NCBI GenBank assembly: GCA_002478945.1
Contig: DLKM01000025.1
Span: 46,557-110,556, forward strand
Length of the DNA stretch: 64,000 bases
Direction of reading: 5' to 3'
From: Christensenella sp. UBA7588
GTDB lineage: Bacteria; Bacillota; Clostridia; Christensenellales; CAG-917
Shown: in pieces, positions 18,862 through 27,617 of the stretch
How positions within the stretch are numbered: the first letter of the stretch is position 1
How the letters are laid out: the number at the start of each line of letters is the position of its first letter
Position numbers and translations under genes: made by a program
Notes under the pieces: model-generated
The model's input: the letters and a program-made list of their open reading frames with translations, nothing else
Told to the model about the DNA's origin: nothing
Databases searched by the model: none

Positions 18862-19344
18862 TCAGCTGTAAAGTCTGTTTGCTTCGAGCAAATCTTCGAG
18901 ACGACGGCGCACCGTGTCGACGTGTTCCACACCGTCAACCGCAACGAATATCGTATTGTCTCCCGCCACTACGCCGAGAACTTCGTCGTAGGAAAGTTTG
19001 TCGATAAGCTCTGCGGCAGGACCTGCGCTTCCGACTTCGGTACGCAACACTATAAGGTTGCCCGAGCTTCTTATGGAAAGCACGGTGTTTTTGAACATAT
19101 TGAGATACTTATCCGCGGCATTTGTTTCTTTTTGTTGTTGAGCGGCATATTTGTAATGTCTGCCGTCGCTTGCAAGCGTTTTAATTATTCCCATATCCTT
19201 AATATCTCTGGAAATAGTAGCTTGCGTTACGTTGAAGCCTTCCTGACGCAAATAATCTACGAGTTCTTCTTGCGTGTCAATGTCGTGTTTTGAAATGATG
19301 TCCAAAATCTTGAGTTGACGATTTGCTCTAGCCATAATAGTCAC
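18862..19344 (-). CDS. argR: Arginine repressor ArgR/AhrC
   Basis: RQLKILDIISKHDIDTQEEL...NVTQATISRDIKD winged-helix region and the C-terminal GTIAGDNTI-like motif (VAGDNTIFV). argR-recN synteny. Confidence 0.9.
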   Translation of the reverse strand: MTIMARANRQLKILDIISKHDIDTQEELVDYLRQEGFNVTQATISRDIKDMGIIKTLASDGRHYKYAAQQQKETNAADKYLNMFKNTVLSIRSSGNLIVLRTEVGSAGPAAELIDKLSYDEVLGVVAGDNTIFVAVDGVEHVDTVRRRLEDLLEANRLYS

Positions 19345-19359
19345 CTTATCCTTTGAGGT

Positions 19360-20166
19360 TTACTTTGCGGTAACTCCCCATACGTTCATCTTTTGAAGTA
19401 GTTTTTTATAAAAATCATCGTTATCCGAAGTAACGAATTTTGCGGTATTTAAAGATTTTGCCACTTTTACGCAGTCCCCGTCGCGCAAACTTGCGATATG
19501 TCGTCCGTCTACGAAAACGTTTGCGTTTTCTGCGCCGTGTAAAGTCAGAGTAACCGAAGCGTCTGAGCCAACGACGAGCGGTCTCGAATGCAACGAATGC
19601 GCGCAAATCGGGTTGACGACCAACGCTTTGACGTTCGGCGCAAGCACCGGTCCGCCTGCCGACAACGAATAAGCCGTCGAACCTGTCGGAGAGGAAACTA
19701 TCGCCCCGTCGCTGTGGTACGAGTCGACAAAACGTCCGTCAATGCTCAAGTCCACGAATATCGGTCTCGAATTTGCGCCTTTCAGCACGATTTCGTTGAG
19801 AGCGGCAAAACGCTTGCCGCAAACGGAAACGTCGAGAAGCATACGCTCTACGCATTTGCGAGTTTTTATCAATCTCAAAACCTCGTCGGTCGGCGCGTCT
19901 TTTTCGCACGCCGTCAAAAAACCGAGATTGCCGAGATTTACGCCCAACAAAGCCACGTTTTTGCCTTCGGTCATACGCACCGCCTCGAGCATCGTACCGT
20001 CTCCGCCGAACACGACAGCCAACGGTGTGTCGCTTTCGACGACGTCGTCGATTCCTATTTCGTAAACGTCGAAAGAGCCTTCGTTTTCGAGGGCTTCGAT
20101 AACTTTAAGTCGCGAAGGATTGTCCGCAAGACCTGCTTTGGTAATGATTGCGATTTTTTCTTTCAT
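19360..20166 (-). CDS. nadK: NAD kinase
   Basis: GGDGTML motif and the C-terminal STAYSLSAGGP motif; 268 aa. Confidence 0.9.
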   Translation of the reverse strand: MKEKIAIITKAGLADNPSRLKVIEALENEGSFDVYEIGIDDVVESDTPLAVVFGGDGTMLEAVRMTEGKNVALLGVNLGNLGFLTACEKDAPTDEVLRLIKTRKCVERMLLDVSVCGKRFAALNEIVLKGANSRPIFVDLSIDGRFVDSYHSDGAIVSSPTGSTAYSLSAGGPVLAPNVKALVVNPICAHSLHSRPLVVGSDASVTLTLHGAENANVFVDGRHIASLRDGDCVKVAKSLNTAKFVTSDNDDFYKKLLQKMNVWGVTAK

Positions 20167-20269
20167 TTATGCGCATTATACAACATTGCTTGATTTTATA
20201 CAAGTATAAAATGAATATTTGATTGTATTTCTGCAATTTTATGCATAATTTTTCGACAATACAATGTGT

Positions 20270-20297
20270 TTGACATTTTTCGATTGCGCTGTATAAT
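20270..20297 (+). promoter_or_regulatory. Near-consensus sigma-A promoter placed so the downstream ORF would be leaderless
   Basis: TTGACA (20270-20275), 16-nt spacer, TATAAT (20292-20297). The ATG at 20304 lies 6 nt after the -10 with no Shine-Dalgarno sequence. Confidence 0.5.
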
Positions 20298-20303
20298 AAA
20301 GAT

Positions 20304-20621
20304 ATGTTCGATTTGTTGTTGAGTATATCCGAATTTGGCACGAAATTAGTCGCGGGATTATCGGGACTTATTTTTGCCATAATCATTGTGGTATGCGTTT
20401 TGATTTCAAAAAAATCTGCCTCGAAACCGTCCTACCCCGATACCAAAATCGGTAAAAACGACGACGTGGCCAAAACAAACGACAAAAAAGCCAAGAAAAA
20501 CAAGAAAGGCAAAAAGGATAAAAAAGCTGAATCCGACGATACTGCGCAGACCGAACAAACCGACGATACTTCTGAGGACGCAGACGAAGTTACTGTCATA
20601 AAAGACGAGGACATAAAATAG
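20304..20621 (+). CDS. Small hypothetical protein: N-terminal TM helix plus a Lys-rich then acidic tail
   Basis: 105-aa ORF, the only plus-strand gene inside the recG...recN minus-strand block. No homology recognised. Confidence 0.4.
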   Translation: MFDLLLSISEFGTKLVAGLSGLIFAIIIVVCVLISKKSASKPSYPDTKIGKNDDVAKTNDKKAKKNKKGKKDKKAESDDTAQTEQTDDTSEDADEVTVIKDEDIK

Positions 20622-20640
20622 TTCCGATTGAAAAACAAAA

Positions 20641-20662
20641 AGCGACCGCAGGTCGCTTTTTT
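20641..20662. terminator. Bidirectional rho-independent terminator
   Basis: aaaaAGCGACCgcaGGTCGCTttttt between the convergent small ORF and tlyA. Confidence 0.65.
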
Positions 20663-20687
20663 CATACGATTTTTTACGCAAACACCA

Positions 20688-21395
20688 TTATTTCTTCAAC
20701 CGCAAAAGATACTCGACGTTTTTATTCTCGTATCTTACGGGAGACGTTGTTTCGCTTACGACTTGAAATCCGTTTGCGACGGCATAACCTTTTACGCTTT
20801 CGAGCGCGCGCTTGCGCAATTTCTCGTCCGTTACGATACCGTTTTTATTCAAAGCGTTTTTGTCGAGTTCGAACTGCGGCTTGACGAGAACGACGGCTTC
20901 TCCGCCGTCTTTCAATACGGAATACATAGAGGCAAGAACGTATTTGAGCGATATAAAACTCAAATCGCTGCACAAAAAATCGACTTGCTCGAGGCTCGGC
21001 AATTCCCTTGCGTTTGCTCTCAAAAATTCGACTTTTCCGCTTTGCAAAAGTCTTTCGTCCAAAGCGCATTCTCCCACGTCTATTGCGAGTACGCTTTTTG
21101 CGCCGTGGCGAAGCAAACAATCTGTAAAACCGCCGTTTGAACAACCTATATCGGCGCAACGTTTCGCTTGGACGTCGAGATTCCATTCCTCAAAGGCTTT
21201 TTCAAGTTTATACGCGCCTTGCGAAGCGTAACTTTTATCTTCCGAAACGATAACTTCGTTGTCGTCGTCGACTTCCGCACCGCCTTTCGTCGCAATTTTT
21301 CCGTCGACGAAAACACAGCCCGTTTTTATAAGATTTTCGGCGTAGGTGCGAGATTTCAGATTGAATTTTTCAAGAAGATACTTGTCAAGTCGCAT
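20688..21395 (-). CDS. tlyA: TlyA-family rRNA 2'-O-methyltransferase (S4 domain plus FtsJ-like MTase)
   Basis: MRLDKYL...RTYAENLIKTG S4 domain, DIGCSNGGFTD SAM motif, 235 aa. Confidence 0.85.
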   Translation of the reverse strand: MRLDKYLLEKFNLKSRTYAENLIKTGCVFVDGKIATKGGAEVDDDNEVIVSEDKSYASQGAYKLEKAFEEWNLDVQAKRCADIGCSNGGFTDCLLRHGAKSVLAIDVGECALDERLLQSGKVEFLRANARELPSLEQVDFLCSDLSFISLKYVLASMYSVLKDGGEAVVLVKPQFELDKNALNKNGIVTDEKLRKRALESVKGYAVANGFQVVSETTSPVRYENKNVEYLLRLKK

Positions 21396-21416
21396 AATTT
21401 TGGCGAATGTGTAGTT

Positions 21417-22277
21417 TTATTTTGATTTGTTAGCCTTTTGCTCTTTTGATTTTGACGTGCTTTTATCGGTTTTTTGTTCGGTTTTGACGGTAGATTTCTG
21501 TTCGTTTTTTGCGGCGTTGTTTTTCTTGCGAATCTTACGCTCGTCTTTTGAGAAAACGGCAAGCACGCGCGCAACGAACATAACGAAATCTTTGGAATTG
21601 CCTATCGCGATTTTCTTCATAAACGCCTTGCCGCCTATCGTCATTGCGGAAACGAGAGCGGATACGACAATCGAAATGACGGTCTGCACCGTAGGCGAAT
21701 CGTTGAGATTGACGGTAAGTTTCACAACCAAAGCCGCAGAACACGCACCCGAAATAATGGAGAAAATATCTCCCACTATGTCGTTGCAAACGCTCGAGAC
21801 GGTATCGCTGTTTTTTACGAGATTGAGAGCGGTTTTCGCGCCGTAAACTTTGCGCGACGCCATTGATATGATAGGCGTCACGTCGCACGATGTTACGGCT
21901 ACGCCGATTGCGTCGAAAAGTATGCCCATCAGCACCAAAAACGCCAACAACACGATTACGACGATAACCTGATTTGAATCTTCCACAAGGTTGCTTATAT
22001 ACGAGAAAAACGCCGACAGCACAAGCGAAATAATGACGGCTTTAATCCACCATACGTTGTGTTTTTTCTTTGGCTTTTTCTTTTTGTCCGACTGGCCGTT
22101 TTTGTCTTTTCGCGGCGTTGCCAAATCGGTTGAAATCTTGTCGATTGTAACGTTATTTTGTGATTCTAACCTGCTGTTTTCGGGGTTTTGAGAAAAAGAA
22201 ATACCATCGGAAGAATTATCTTTCGATGGCAACGGTATATTGGAAGCGTCCGCTTCGTTTTGATTGAGATTATCCAC
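21417..22277 (-). CDS. oapA: OapA-like (OLE-associated) four-TM membrane protein with hydrophilic N- and Lys-rich C-terminal extensions
   Basis: GTG start with GAGG 7 nt upstream, abutting the 3' end of the large ncRNA. About four TM helices are predicted, with D-x-x-x-D (NDIVGD) in one of them. Position between the ncRNA and tlyA matches the published OLE/oapA context. No alignment was run. Confidence 0.6.
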   Translation of the reverse strand: MDNLNQNEADASNIPLPSKDNSSDGISFSQNPENSRLESQNNVTIDKISTDLATPRKDKNGQSDKKKKPKKKHNVWWIKAVIISLVLSAFFSYISNLVEDSNQVIVVIVLLAFLVLMGILFDAIGVAVTSCDVTPIISMASRKVYGAKTALNLVKNSDTVSSVCNDIVGDIFSIISGACSAALVVKLTVNLNDSPTVQTVISIVVSALVSAMTIGGKAFMKKIAIGNSKDFVMFVARVLAVFSKDERKIRKKNNAAKNEQKSTVKTEQKTDKSTSKSKEQKANKSK

Positions 22278-22290
22278 AAATTACCTCAAA

Positions 22291-22884
22291 TTTTATTGCT
22301 TTGGATGGTGGTAACAATTTGGGTAAACCTTGCGCCATAGGTTCGGTAGGATTTCCCTGCATCGAAACTCGTCGTCACCGTCCGAGAAGTTTCCTATTAC
22401 TCGACGCATCGTCTTAAAGAAGAAACCGAATCGCCACTTAGAGCACACTATAATCCCCAGATTGCCTCATTAGAACAGTCTAGAAGATTTCCTTGACAGA
22501 TTCCGCCCGCCCTTATCTTTTTTTGCAGCGTACATTTCATCGGGCAATCACCGTCGCGTATTGGCCATACGAAAGGGCGTGGTTCCCTAATCCCTGTACG
22601 TCACTCAAAGCAGGCTACGCTGTACACAGCATTTTCACACCGCATATCAGGTTTCACCCCAGTCAGTAGACAGTTTTTACATTGCCCACCGAGTTGGGTC
22701 TCCACGGAAAATGGTACGGGGTTTGCATGCCGTTGCAAGCCGCCCAAAATCCTTAACTCCCAGCAACAGCCCCAATTTGGGCAAAAGAAGCCGTCACCAG
22801 AAACTTCATCGATATGCCCTTCGGCGATATTTTACCCCCGCCTCCGAGTCGGTGGAATCTGACTAGAATACTGCACCACCATTT
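22291..22884 (-). ncRNA. ole: Large structured noncoding RNA, most likely OLE (ornate, large, extremophilic) RNA
   Basis: About 590 nt with no ORF of 60 aa or more on either strand. Appears more GC-rich than its flanks (by eye). Own promoter at the 5' end. 5' AUGGUGGU pairs with 3' ACCACCAU. Lies directly upstream of a 4-TM protein and tlyA-nadK-argR-recN. Confidence 0.7.
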
Positions 22885-22890
22885 AATTAT

Positions 22891-22918
22891 ATTATACACT
22901 ATTCGTTAAAAATGTCAA
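22891..22918 (-). promoter_or_regulatory. Near-consensus sigma-A promoter driving the large ncRNA (and probably oapA)
   Basis: Minus strand TTGACA (22918-22913), 16-nt spacer, TATAAT (22896-22891), ~35 nt downstream of the recG stop. Confidence 0.65.
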
Positions 22919-22953
22919 ACGTCGATGCCAAATGCACGAATAACGGCGTTTGT

Positions 22954-24981
22954 TTAGCTGTTAAGCGTAACTTCGTCGAGTTTTTCGACAAATGCGTCGA
23001 CTCTTGCCTTGTTTCGGCGTGTAAGTGCCAAAAGTTCGTAAAGCGATAGGTCGGACAATTTACCGTCGGCATAATTCTTTGCGTTTTTAAGCACTTCGGC
23101 GTCCATAGGCAAATCGAATATCGGCGTGGAAGAACGTCCGCTTTGTCGAGTTCCGATAAAATCTCCCGCTCCTCTCATAGCAAAATCGACCTCTGCAAGA
23201 TACTGTCCGTCGTTGCTCTTGCAAAGAGTGTCTAATCTTTCGACGGATTTCTCGCTTTGAGAGGACGAATGCAGATAGCAACGCGCTTCGGAGCCGTCTC
23301 TGCCCACTCTGCCTCTCAACTGATGCAACGACGCAAGTCCGAACCTGTCCGCATTGACAATCAAAATCTCCGTCGCTTTGGTATCGATACCGACCTCGAT
23401 AACCGTCGTGGCAATCAAAAGTTTTGTTTTTCCGCTTGCAAAATCGAGCATAGCATTTTCTTTTTCGTCGTTAGATAATTTTCCGTGCATTACGGACGAC
23501 GGATATTTGTCCAAAACGGCTTGATAATCTCTTGAAAAACTTTCGATAGACGTAAGACTGTTACCCTCCGCGTCAACGATGGACGGGCACACGATAAACG
23601 CCTGTTTTCCGTCATCTAACGCGTCGCAAATTCTTCCAACAAGCATATTCAAGTCGCTCGATACGGTAGTTTTTACGTTGGTTTTCGCTTCGGCTCTCTT
23701 TTCTATTCGCGATATTGCGATGTCGTCGTAAAACGTTAGTGCCATAGAGCGAGGAATGGGCGTCGCAGTCATACTCAACACGTCGCAAGCCCCCTTTTTC
23801 TCGAGTTTACCGCGAACGTTCACGCCGAAGCGGTGTTGCTCGTCGATAATGGCAAGAGTAAGGTTTTTATACGCGACGTCGTCGCTGACCAACGCATTCG
23901 TTCCGATAACGCAAGATATGCTTCCGTCTTTAAGCCCCGATAAGATGCTCCTGCGCTCCGCAGTCGAAGTCGAACTTGTAAGCAATGCAAAACTTATGCC
24001 GAGTTTCTTTGCGACGGGAGCAAACTTTTCTGCGTGCTGTTTGGCAAGTATTTCAGTAGGAGCCATAAGCGCGCATTGCTTGCCGCACACGCTTGCAAAA
24101 TACATTGCGAAAAACGCCACCGCAGTTTTTCCGCTTCCGACGTCTCCGCTTATTATTCTTGACATCGTTTTGTCAGACGAAACGTCGGCAACAATATCGT
24201 CGAATGCTTGAAGTTGCGAGGGTGTAGGATTAAATTCCAGCGCAGAAATATAGTCAACTATTCTAAAATTTGCCGAATTATAAAATACTTTTCTCTCTTT
24301 TTTGCCGTTATTACGCAATTTTCGGTAAATTGACAACACAATCGCAACGTCTAACGAGGCAAGCGATTTTACTGCCCTTTCTGCCGATTCAAGCGTTTTC
24401 GGACGATGTGCCGACTCGAAACATCTCGTCATATCTTTGTTGACAACGGCAAGATTACCTTCGTATTCGAGAGCGGAAACGCTGTCCAATGCGGAATAAA
24501 CGATATTCTTGAACGCATTCTGCCCCATTACGTTTTTGAGCGGATAAACGGTATATATCCCCTGCAATTTGGATATTTTTTCAATCTTTTCGAGTTGCGG
24601 ATTAACGACGCAAAGCGCGCCTTTGTCCGAAGTGAGCCTCGTCAGCATACGATAGTTCTGACCGACTTGAAAGCCGTCGTGCAAAAACGGCATATTGTAG
24701 AAAATCGCTTTGAAGTATATTCTGTTGTCGGAAAGATTGTCGCTGAACGTCACGAAAAATGATTTCGCTCCGCGTATCGAGACCGTGCCTACCTTTTCGA
24801 CTCTGCCCTCCAAAAGACAAAGTTGACCTACTGGCGCGTCGATAACGCGAATCGGCTGTTGCAAATCGATATACTTTCTCGGCAAAAATGAAAAGACCTC
24901 GAATACATTGTGTATGTCAAGGTCGCTGAGTTTTTTCACGGTTGCGTCGCCGACGCCTTTAATATCTTTGAGTTGCAACAT
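22954..24981 (-). CDS. recG: ATP-dependent DNA helicase RecG
   Basis: Wedge domain N-terminus, GDVGSGKT Walker A, DEQHRFG, and the helicase C motif QLRGRVGR. Confidence 0.92.
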   Translation of the reverse strand: MLQLKDIKGVGDATVKKLSDLDIHNVFEVFSFLPRKYIDLQQPIRVIDAPVGQLCLLEGRVEKVGTVSIRGAKSFFVTFSDNLSDNRIYFKAIFYNMPFLHDGFQVGQNYRMLTRLTSDKGALCVVNPQLEKIEKISKLQGIYTVYPLKNVMGQNAFKNIVYSALDSVSALEYEGNLAVVNKDMTRCFESAHRPKTLESAERAVKSLASLDVAIVLSIYRKLRNNGKKERKVFYNSANFRIVDYISALEFNPTPSQLQAFDDIVADVSSDKTMSRIISGDVGSGKTAVAFFAMYFASVCGKQCALMAPTEILAKQHAEKFAPVAKKLGISFALLTSSTSTAERRSILSGLKDGSISCVIGTNALVSDDVAYKNLTLAIIDEQHRFGVNVRGKLEKKGACDVLSMTATPIPRSMALTFYDDIAISRIEKRAEAKTNVKTTVSSDLNMLVGRICDALDDGKQAFIVCPSIVDAEGNSLTSIESFSRDYQAVLDKYPSSVMHGKLSNDEKENAMLDFASGKTKLLIATTVIEVGIDTKATEILIVNADRFGLASLHQLRGRVGRDGSEARCYLHSSSQSEKSVERLDTLCKSNDGQYLAEVDFAMRGAGDFIGTRQSGRSSTPIFDLPMDAEVLKNAKNYADGKLSDLSLYELLALTRRNKARVDAFVEKLDEVTLNS

Positions 24982-24984
24982 ATC

Positions 24985-26637
24985 TTATTCCGCAGACAAG
25001 ATGTAATAATAATGCGGTTGTCCGCCCCTATAGCAAGCGGTTTCGAGCCAATCGAACTCGCTTTCGACTTTTTGCATAAGTGCGTCTGCCTGCTCTTGAG
25101 TGATTTCTTGTCCGAAGTATACCGACAACATATCTTTGCCTTGCGCAAGTTTGCGAATGGTGTCGAGCGTGGTTTGCTCGATGTCGTTACCTTTTGCAAC
25201 GAGACGTTTGTCGCAGATACCGATGATGTCCCCTTCTTTAACAGAGAAACGATTCATTCTCGTAGAGCGAACCGCGTGAGTTATTTCCGCGCATTCGATA
25301 TTTTTTATCGCTTCGCACATATTCTCGTAGTTTTCTTCGGGAGACGCGTCGCAATCGAACATAAGCGACGCAGATATTCCTTGCGGCATATTTGTACTCG
25401 GAATCACGAAAACTTGCGCTTTTGCAAGCTCTTTTGCCTGATTTGCGGCAAGAATTATGTTTGAATTGTTTGGCAAAACGAATACGTTTTTCGCATTTGC
25501 CTCATTGACGGCTTTGAGAATATCGTCGACGCTCGGATTCATAGTCTGACCGCCTTCGACAATAACGTCTACCATCAAATCTTTGAAGATATTTTGCATA
25601 CCGTCGCCCGAGCAAATCGATACCATTGCGTATTCTTTTTGCTCGACGACTTCGTCCTGATTGTCGTTTGCGTGAAGTTTTCTGTTTTGTTCGAGCATAT
25701 TCTCGATTTTCACGCCGTCAAGTTCTCCGAGATTGAGCGCGGCTTTGAGCGCACGGTCGGGATGATTTGTATGTACGTGCGTTTTTACGAGGTCGGTATC
25801 TCCGATTACGAGAACGCAATCGCCGATAGTGGTAAGGTAATCTCTGTATTTATCGATTGCCGCGTCGGTCACTTCGTTTTTGAGATGAGTGATGAAATAC
25901 TCCGTGCAGTACTGGAACGTAATATGCTCGTAATCGTTTTCGAGCGGGTCGAATTCTCCGACGGTTTTAATCTCCGCAAAATCGGCTGTATTCGCTTTTT
26001 CTCCGCTGATGAGGACAAGTTCTTCTCCTACGAGCGTGCGATACATACCGTCGAAAACCGTTACGAGACCTCTGCCGCCTGCGTCTACAACGCCTGCTTT
26101 TTTAAGAACGGGCAACATATCGGGAGTCTTTTGCAAAATCTCCTCGCCTGCGTCCACGACGCGCTTGAGGAAAACGTCAAACTCGACCTTTTTGCTTCTT
26201 GCCGCAGACATCGCTTCTTCCGCCATAACTCTTACGACAGTAAGGATTGTGCCTTCTTTTGGCTTCGTAACCGCGCTGTATGCGATTTCCGTACCCTTTT
26301 TGAGACATTCCGCAAAAGTCTTGGGAGACAAATCCGCTTTGCCTTCGAGCGCAACCGCGAAACCTCTGAAAATCTGAGAGGAAATAACGCCGGAGTTGCC
26401 TCTTGCGCCTTTGAGCGCGCCTTTTGAAAACGCCATTGCAATCTCGTCGATAAGCAACGAACCGCAAGCGTTTGCCTCACGCATAGCAGATGCGAGAGTA
26501 AGCGACATATTGGTGCCTGTGTCTCCGTCCGGCACGGGGAAAACGTTGAGTTCGTCCACCGTGGTGCGGTTCATTTCGAGAGCTTTTACGCCGCCGGCAA
26601 GCATCTCTTTGAATTTTAATCCGTCAATTCTATTCAT
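24985..26637 (-). CDS. DAK2 domain fusion protein (YloV family)
   Basis: VPDGDTGTNM and GARGNSG motifs of the DAK2 domain, 550 aa. Conserved Asp23-yloV-recG synteny. Confidence 0.85.
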   Translation of the reverse strand: MNRIDGLKFKEMLAGGVKALEMNRTTVDELNVFPVPDGDTGTNMSLTLASAMREANACGSLLIDEIAMAFSKGALKGARGNSGVISSQIFRGFAVALEGKADLSPKTFAECLKKGTEIAYSAVTKPKEGTILTVVRVMAEEAMSAARSKKVEFDVFLKRVVDAGEEILQKTPDMLPVLKKAGVVDAGGRGLVTVFDGMYRTLVGEELVLISGEKANTADFAEIKTVGEFDPLENDYEHITFQYCTEYFITHLKNEVTDAAIDKYRDYLTTIGDCVLVIGDTDLVKTHVHTNHPDRALKAALNLGELDGVKIENMLEQNRKLHANDNQDEVVEQKEYAMVSICSGDGMQNIFKDLMVDVIVEGGQTMNPSVDDILKAVNEANAKNVFVLPNNSNIILAANQAKELAKAQVFVIPSTNMPQGISASLMFDCDASPEENYENMCEAIKNIECAEITHAVRSTRMNRFSVKEGDIIGICDKRLVAKGNDIEQTTLDTIRKLAQGKDMLSVYFGQEITQEQADALMQKVESEFDWLETACYRGGQPHYYYILSAE

Positions 26638-26652
26638 TTTATCCGTATAACC

Positions 26653-27003
26653 TTACACGCGAATACCCACAACGTTGACGTGTACTCGTTTCACACGCAT
26701 ACCCGTAAACGTTTCAAGCGAAAACTTGACTGCATCCGCCAAGGACTTTTTTACTGCTTCGATGTTGACTCCGACCTTCAAAACGACAAACAACTCGACG
26801 TAAATAAGATTGTCAACCGTCTGAACGATTGCGCCTTTGCCGAGTTGTTGCTTGCCCCAAAGTTGGCCGATATTATCGCTGAAACGGCGGGATACCAAAT
26901 CTACCACGCCGTAACAGTCCTGAGCGGTATGGCTTGCAACCGCTTGCATAGCCTCCTCGCTTATGGAAATCTTGCCAAATTTGTTTGAAGTTGTGAGTGA
27001 CAT
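26653..27003 (-). CDS. Asp23/Gls24 family envelope stress protein (YloU-like)
   Basis: 116 aa, ISEEAMQAVASHTAQDCYGV and VNVVGIRV end typical of Asp23. Divergent from rpmB as in Bacillus. Confidence 0.85.
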   Translation of the reverse strand: MSLTTSNKFGKISISEEAMQAVASHTAQDCYGVVDLVSRRFSDNIGQLWGKQQLGKGAIVQTVDNLIYVELFVVLKVGVNIEAVKKSLADAVKFSLETFTGMRVKRVHVNVVGIRV

Positions 27004-27077
27004 ATACTTACCTTTTTATAAATATTACTATAAACAAATATTTTTTGCAACTAAAACGTAAATTTTGTGCAAATCGG

Positions 27078-27106
27078 TTGCAAAATCAAATAGTATTTGC
27101 TACAAT
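27078..27106 (+). promoter_or_regulatory. Putative sigma-A promoter of rpmB
   Basis: TTGCAA, 17-nt spacer, TACAAT, about 30 nt upstream of the AGGAGG RBS. Confidence 0.45.
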
Positions 27107-27135
27107 ATCAATCGTTCAAATTAGGAGGTACAGTT

Positions 27136-27327
27136 ATGTCCAGAGTTTGTAGTGTATGCGGAAAAGGCAGAATGAGCGGTAACGCGGTCAGCCACAGCAA
27201 CAGAAAGACAAGACGCAGTTGGGCTCCCAACGTCCAAAAAGTCAAAGTCAACACTCCGACCGGTGGTGTTGAGGACGTTTATGTTTGCACTCATTGTCTT
27301 CGTTCCGGCAAAGTTGACAGAGCGTAA
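27136..27327 (+). CDS. rpmB: 50S ribosomal protein L28
   Basis: [43 protein letters not shown] 8 nt upstream. Internal start used (track ORF begins at 27097). Confidence 0.93.
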   Translation: MSRVCSVCGKGRMSGNAVSHSNRKTRRSWAPNVQKVKVNTPTGGVEDVYVCTHCLRSGKVDRA

Positions 27328-27357
27328 TTCCCTCTAAATATGTAGCAATCAAAGTTA

Positions 27358-27383
27358 GCCTTCCGAAAGGAAGGCATTTTTTT
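27358..27383 (+). terminator. Rho-independent terminator of rpmB
   Basis: GCCTTCCgaaaGGAAGGCattttttt. Confidence 0.7.
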
Positions 27384-27423
27384 GTTGTAAGTTTTATGTA
27401 TTATTAAGCAGTCAAAAAACGCT

Positions 27424-27510
27424 CTACTTCTCCGTAGTCTTTTTCTTGGTAAAGAGCCTGAGTATTGCTTTTACGATTTTCGGCGGGTTGATGCAAATAA
27501 TCTTGTTCAT
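27424..27510 (-). CDS. spoVM: 28-codon micro-ORF resembling stage V sporulation protein M (SpoVM)
   Basis: Encodes MNKIICINPPKIVKAILRLFTKKKTTEK with GAGGAG 7 nt upstream. Pattern I-x-x-P-K-[FI]-[LV] as in B. subtilis SpoVM (MKFYTIKLPKFLGGIVRAML, recalled from memory). Lies between rpe and rpmB, the Bacillus spoVM position. Below the ORF-track size cutoff. Confidence 0.5.
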   Translation of the reverse strand: MNKIICINPPKIVKAILRLFTKKKTTEK

Positions 27511-27617
27511 ATCTTCACTCCTCGTTTTTGTACAAGTTATGAAAACGAGGTCTTTTGTGTTACACAATAATAAAAAATCGACGCTTTCGCGCCGATTCTG
27601 TGCTTAATAATTCGATG

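Noticed and set aside
22291-22884. Alternative identities for the ORF-free region: degraded pseudogene, group II intron, rRNA fragment, ROOL/GOLLD RNA, or a long riboswitch leader.
   Set aside because: There are no residual reading frames, intron domain V/VI features or rRNA similarity. ROOL and GOLLD are usually associated with prophages or tRNAs. A dedicated promoter, a terminal closing helix and the oapA-tlyA-nadK-argR-recN context favour OLE. This still needs a covariance-model test.
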